From Octopus sinensis (taxonomy: Eukaryota), in NCBI RefSeq assembly GCF_006345805.1, contig NW_021829552.1, positions 1 through 5,984 on the forward strand: DNA of 5,984 bases, written 5' to 3'. Made by a program: the position numbers and the translations under genes. The notes under the pieces are model-generated. The model did no database searches. It saw only the letters and a list, made by a program, of their open reading frames with translations, and was not told where the DNA came from. Of this stretch, positions 5,736 through 5,984 are shown one piece after another (within the stretch, counting starts at the first letter, position 1; every line of letters starts with the position of its first letter).

Positions 5736-5984
5736 GCCGTACACATTCGCTAGCTTTCTTACAAAGGGGTCTAATGCTCGTAGCTTAGACGTTTTTTGGG
5801 GAACAACCAAATCGAACCATCTCAAGTGTAACTGTCCGAAATGGTCGTGACGTCTGGTACTTGACTGATGAAAGAAAGCCAAGAATGACCCGTCTTTTTC
5901 TGCCTGTCCATCTAATTGATGTTCTGTTGTCCGCCTTTGTGTCGTCTATCTGTCCGAATATTTTATGCCCTCTATTGCGTTTTT

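Noticed and set aside
5835-5880. Type II hammerhead-like motif order GAAA…GTC…CTGATGA
   Set aside because: Stems I and II cannot be paired and stem III is only about 2-3 bp, so this is likely chance.
115-5882. All ORFs in the supplied track as protein-coding genes
   Set aside because: They are short, often start at non-ATG codons, and mostly overlie microsatellites (YI, VC, HT and poly-D repeats) or SINE sequence. None resembles a protein family I recognise, and none has reverse transcriptase or transposase motifs.

Overview
This window is eukaryotic non-coding DNA with no credible protein-coding gene, RNA gene or CRISPR array. It is a dense patchwork of tRNA-derived SINE-like retroposons and microsatellites. 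From memory of the repeat sequences it is most likely a coleoid cephalopod (Octopus-like) genome; this is not verified by a search. Three SINE-like families are visible; the labels A, B and C are mine. Family A has four copies, which carry or abut a (CA)n/(TA)n microsatellite. Family B has seven units in three loci. Family C has one copy on the + strand. There are also two isolated tRNA-like heads. The most interesting structure is two family-B trimers (745-1327 and 4004-4582), each bounded by its own target-site duplication and so apparently inserted as one unit. In both, only the 5'-most unit has the full head. The other units start exactly 48 nt in, at the 3' edge of a hairpin loop. One trimer joins units with two different 3' tails. 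This points to multimeric retroposition by template jumping or read-through. The mechanism is inference, and I cannot confirm that it is undescribed.
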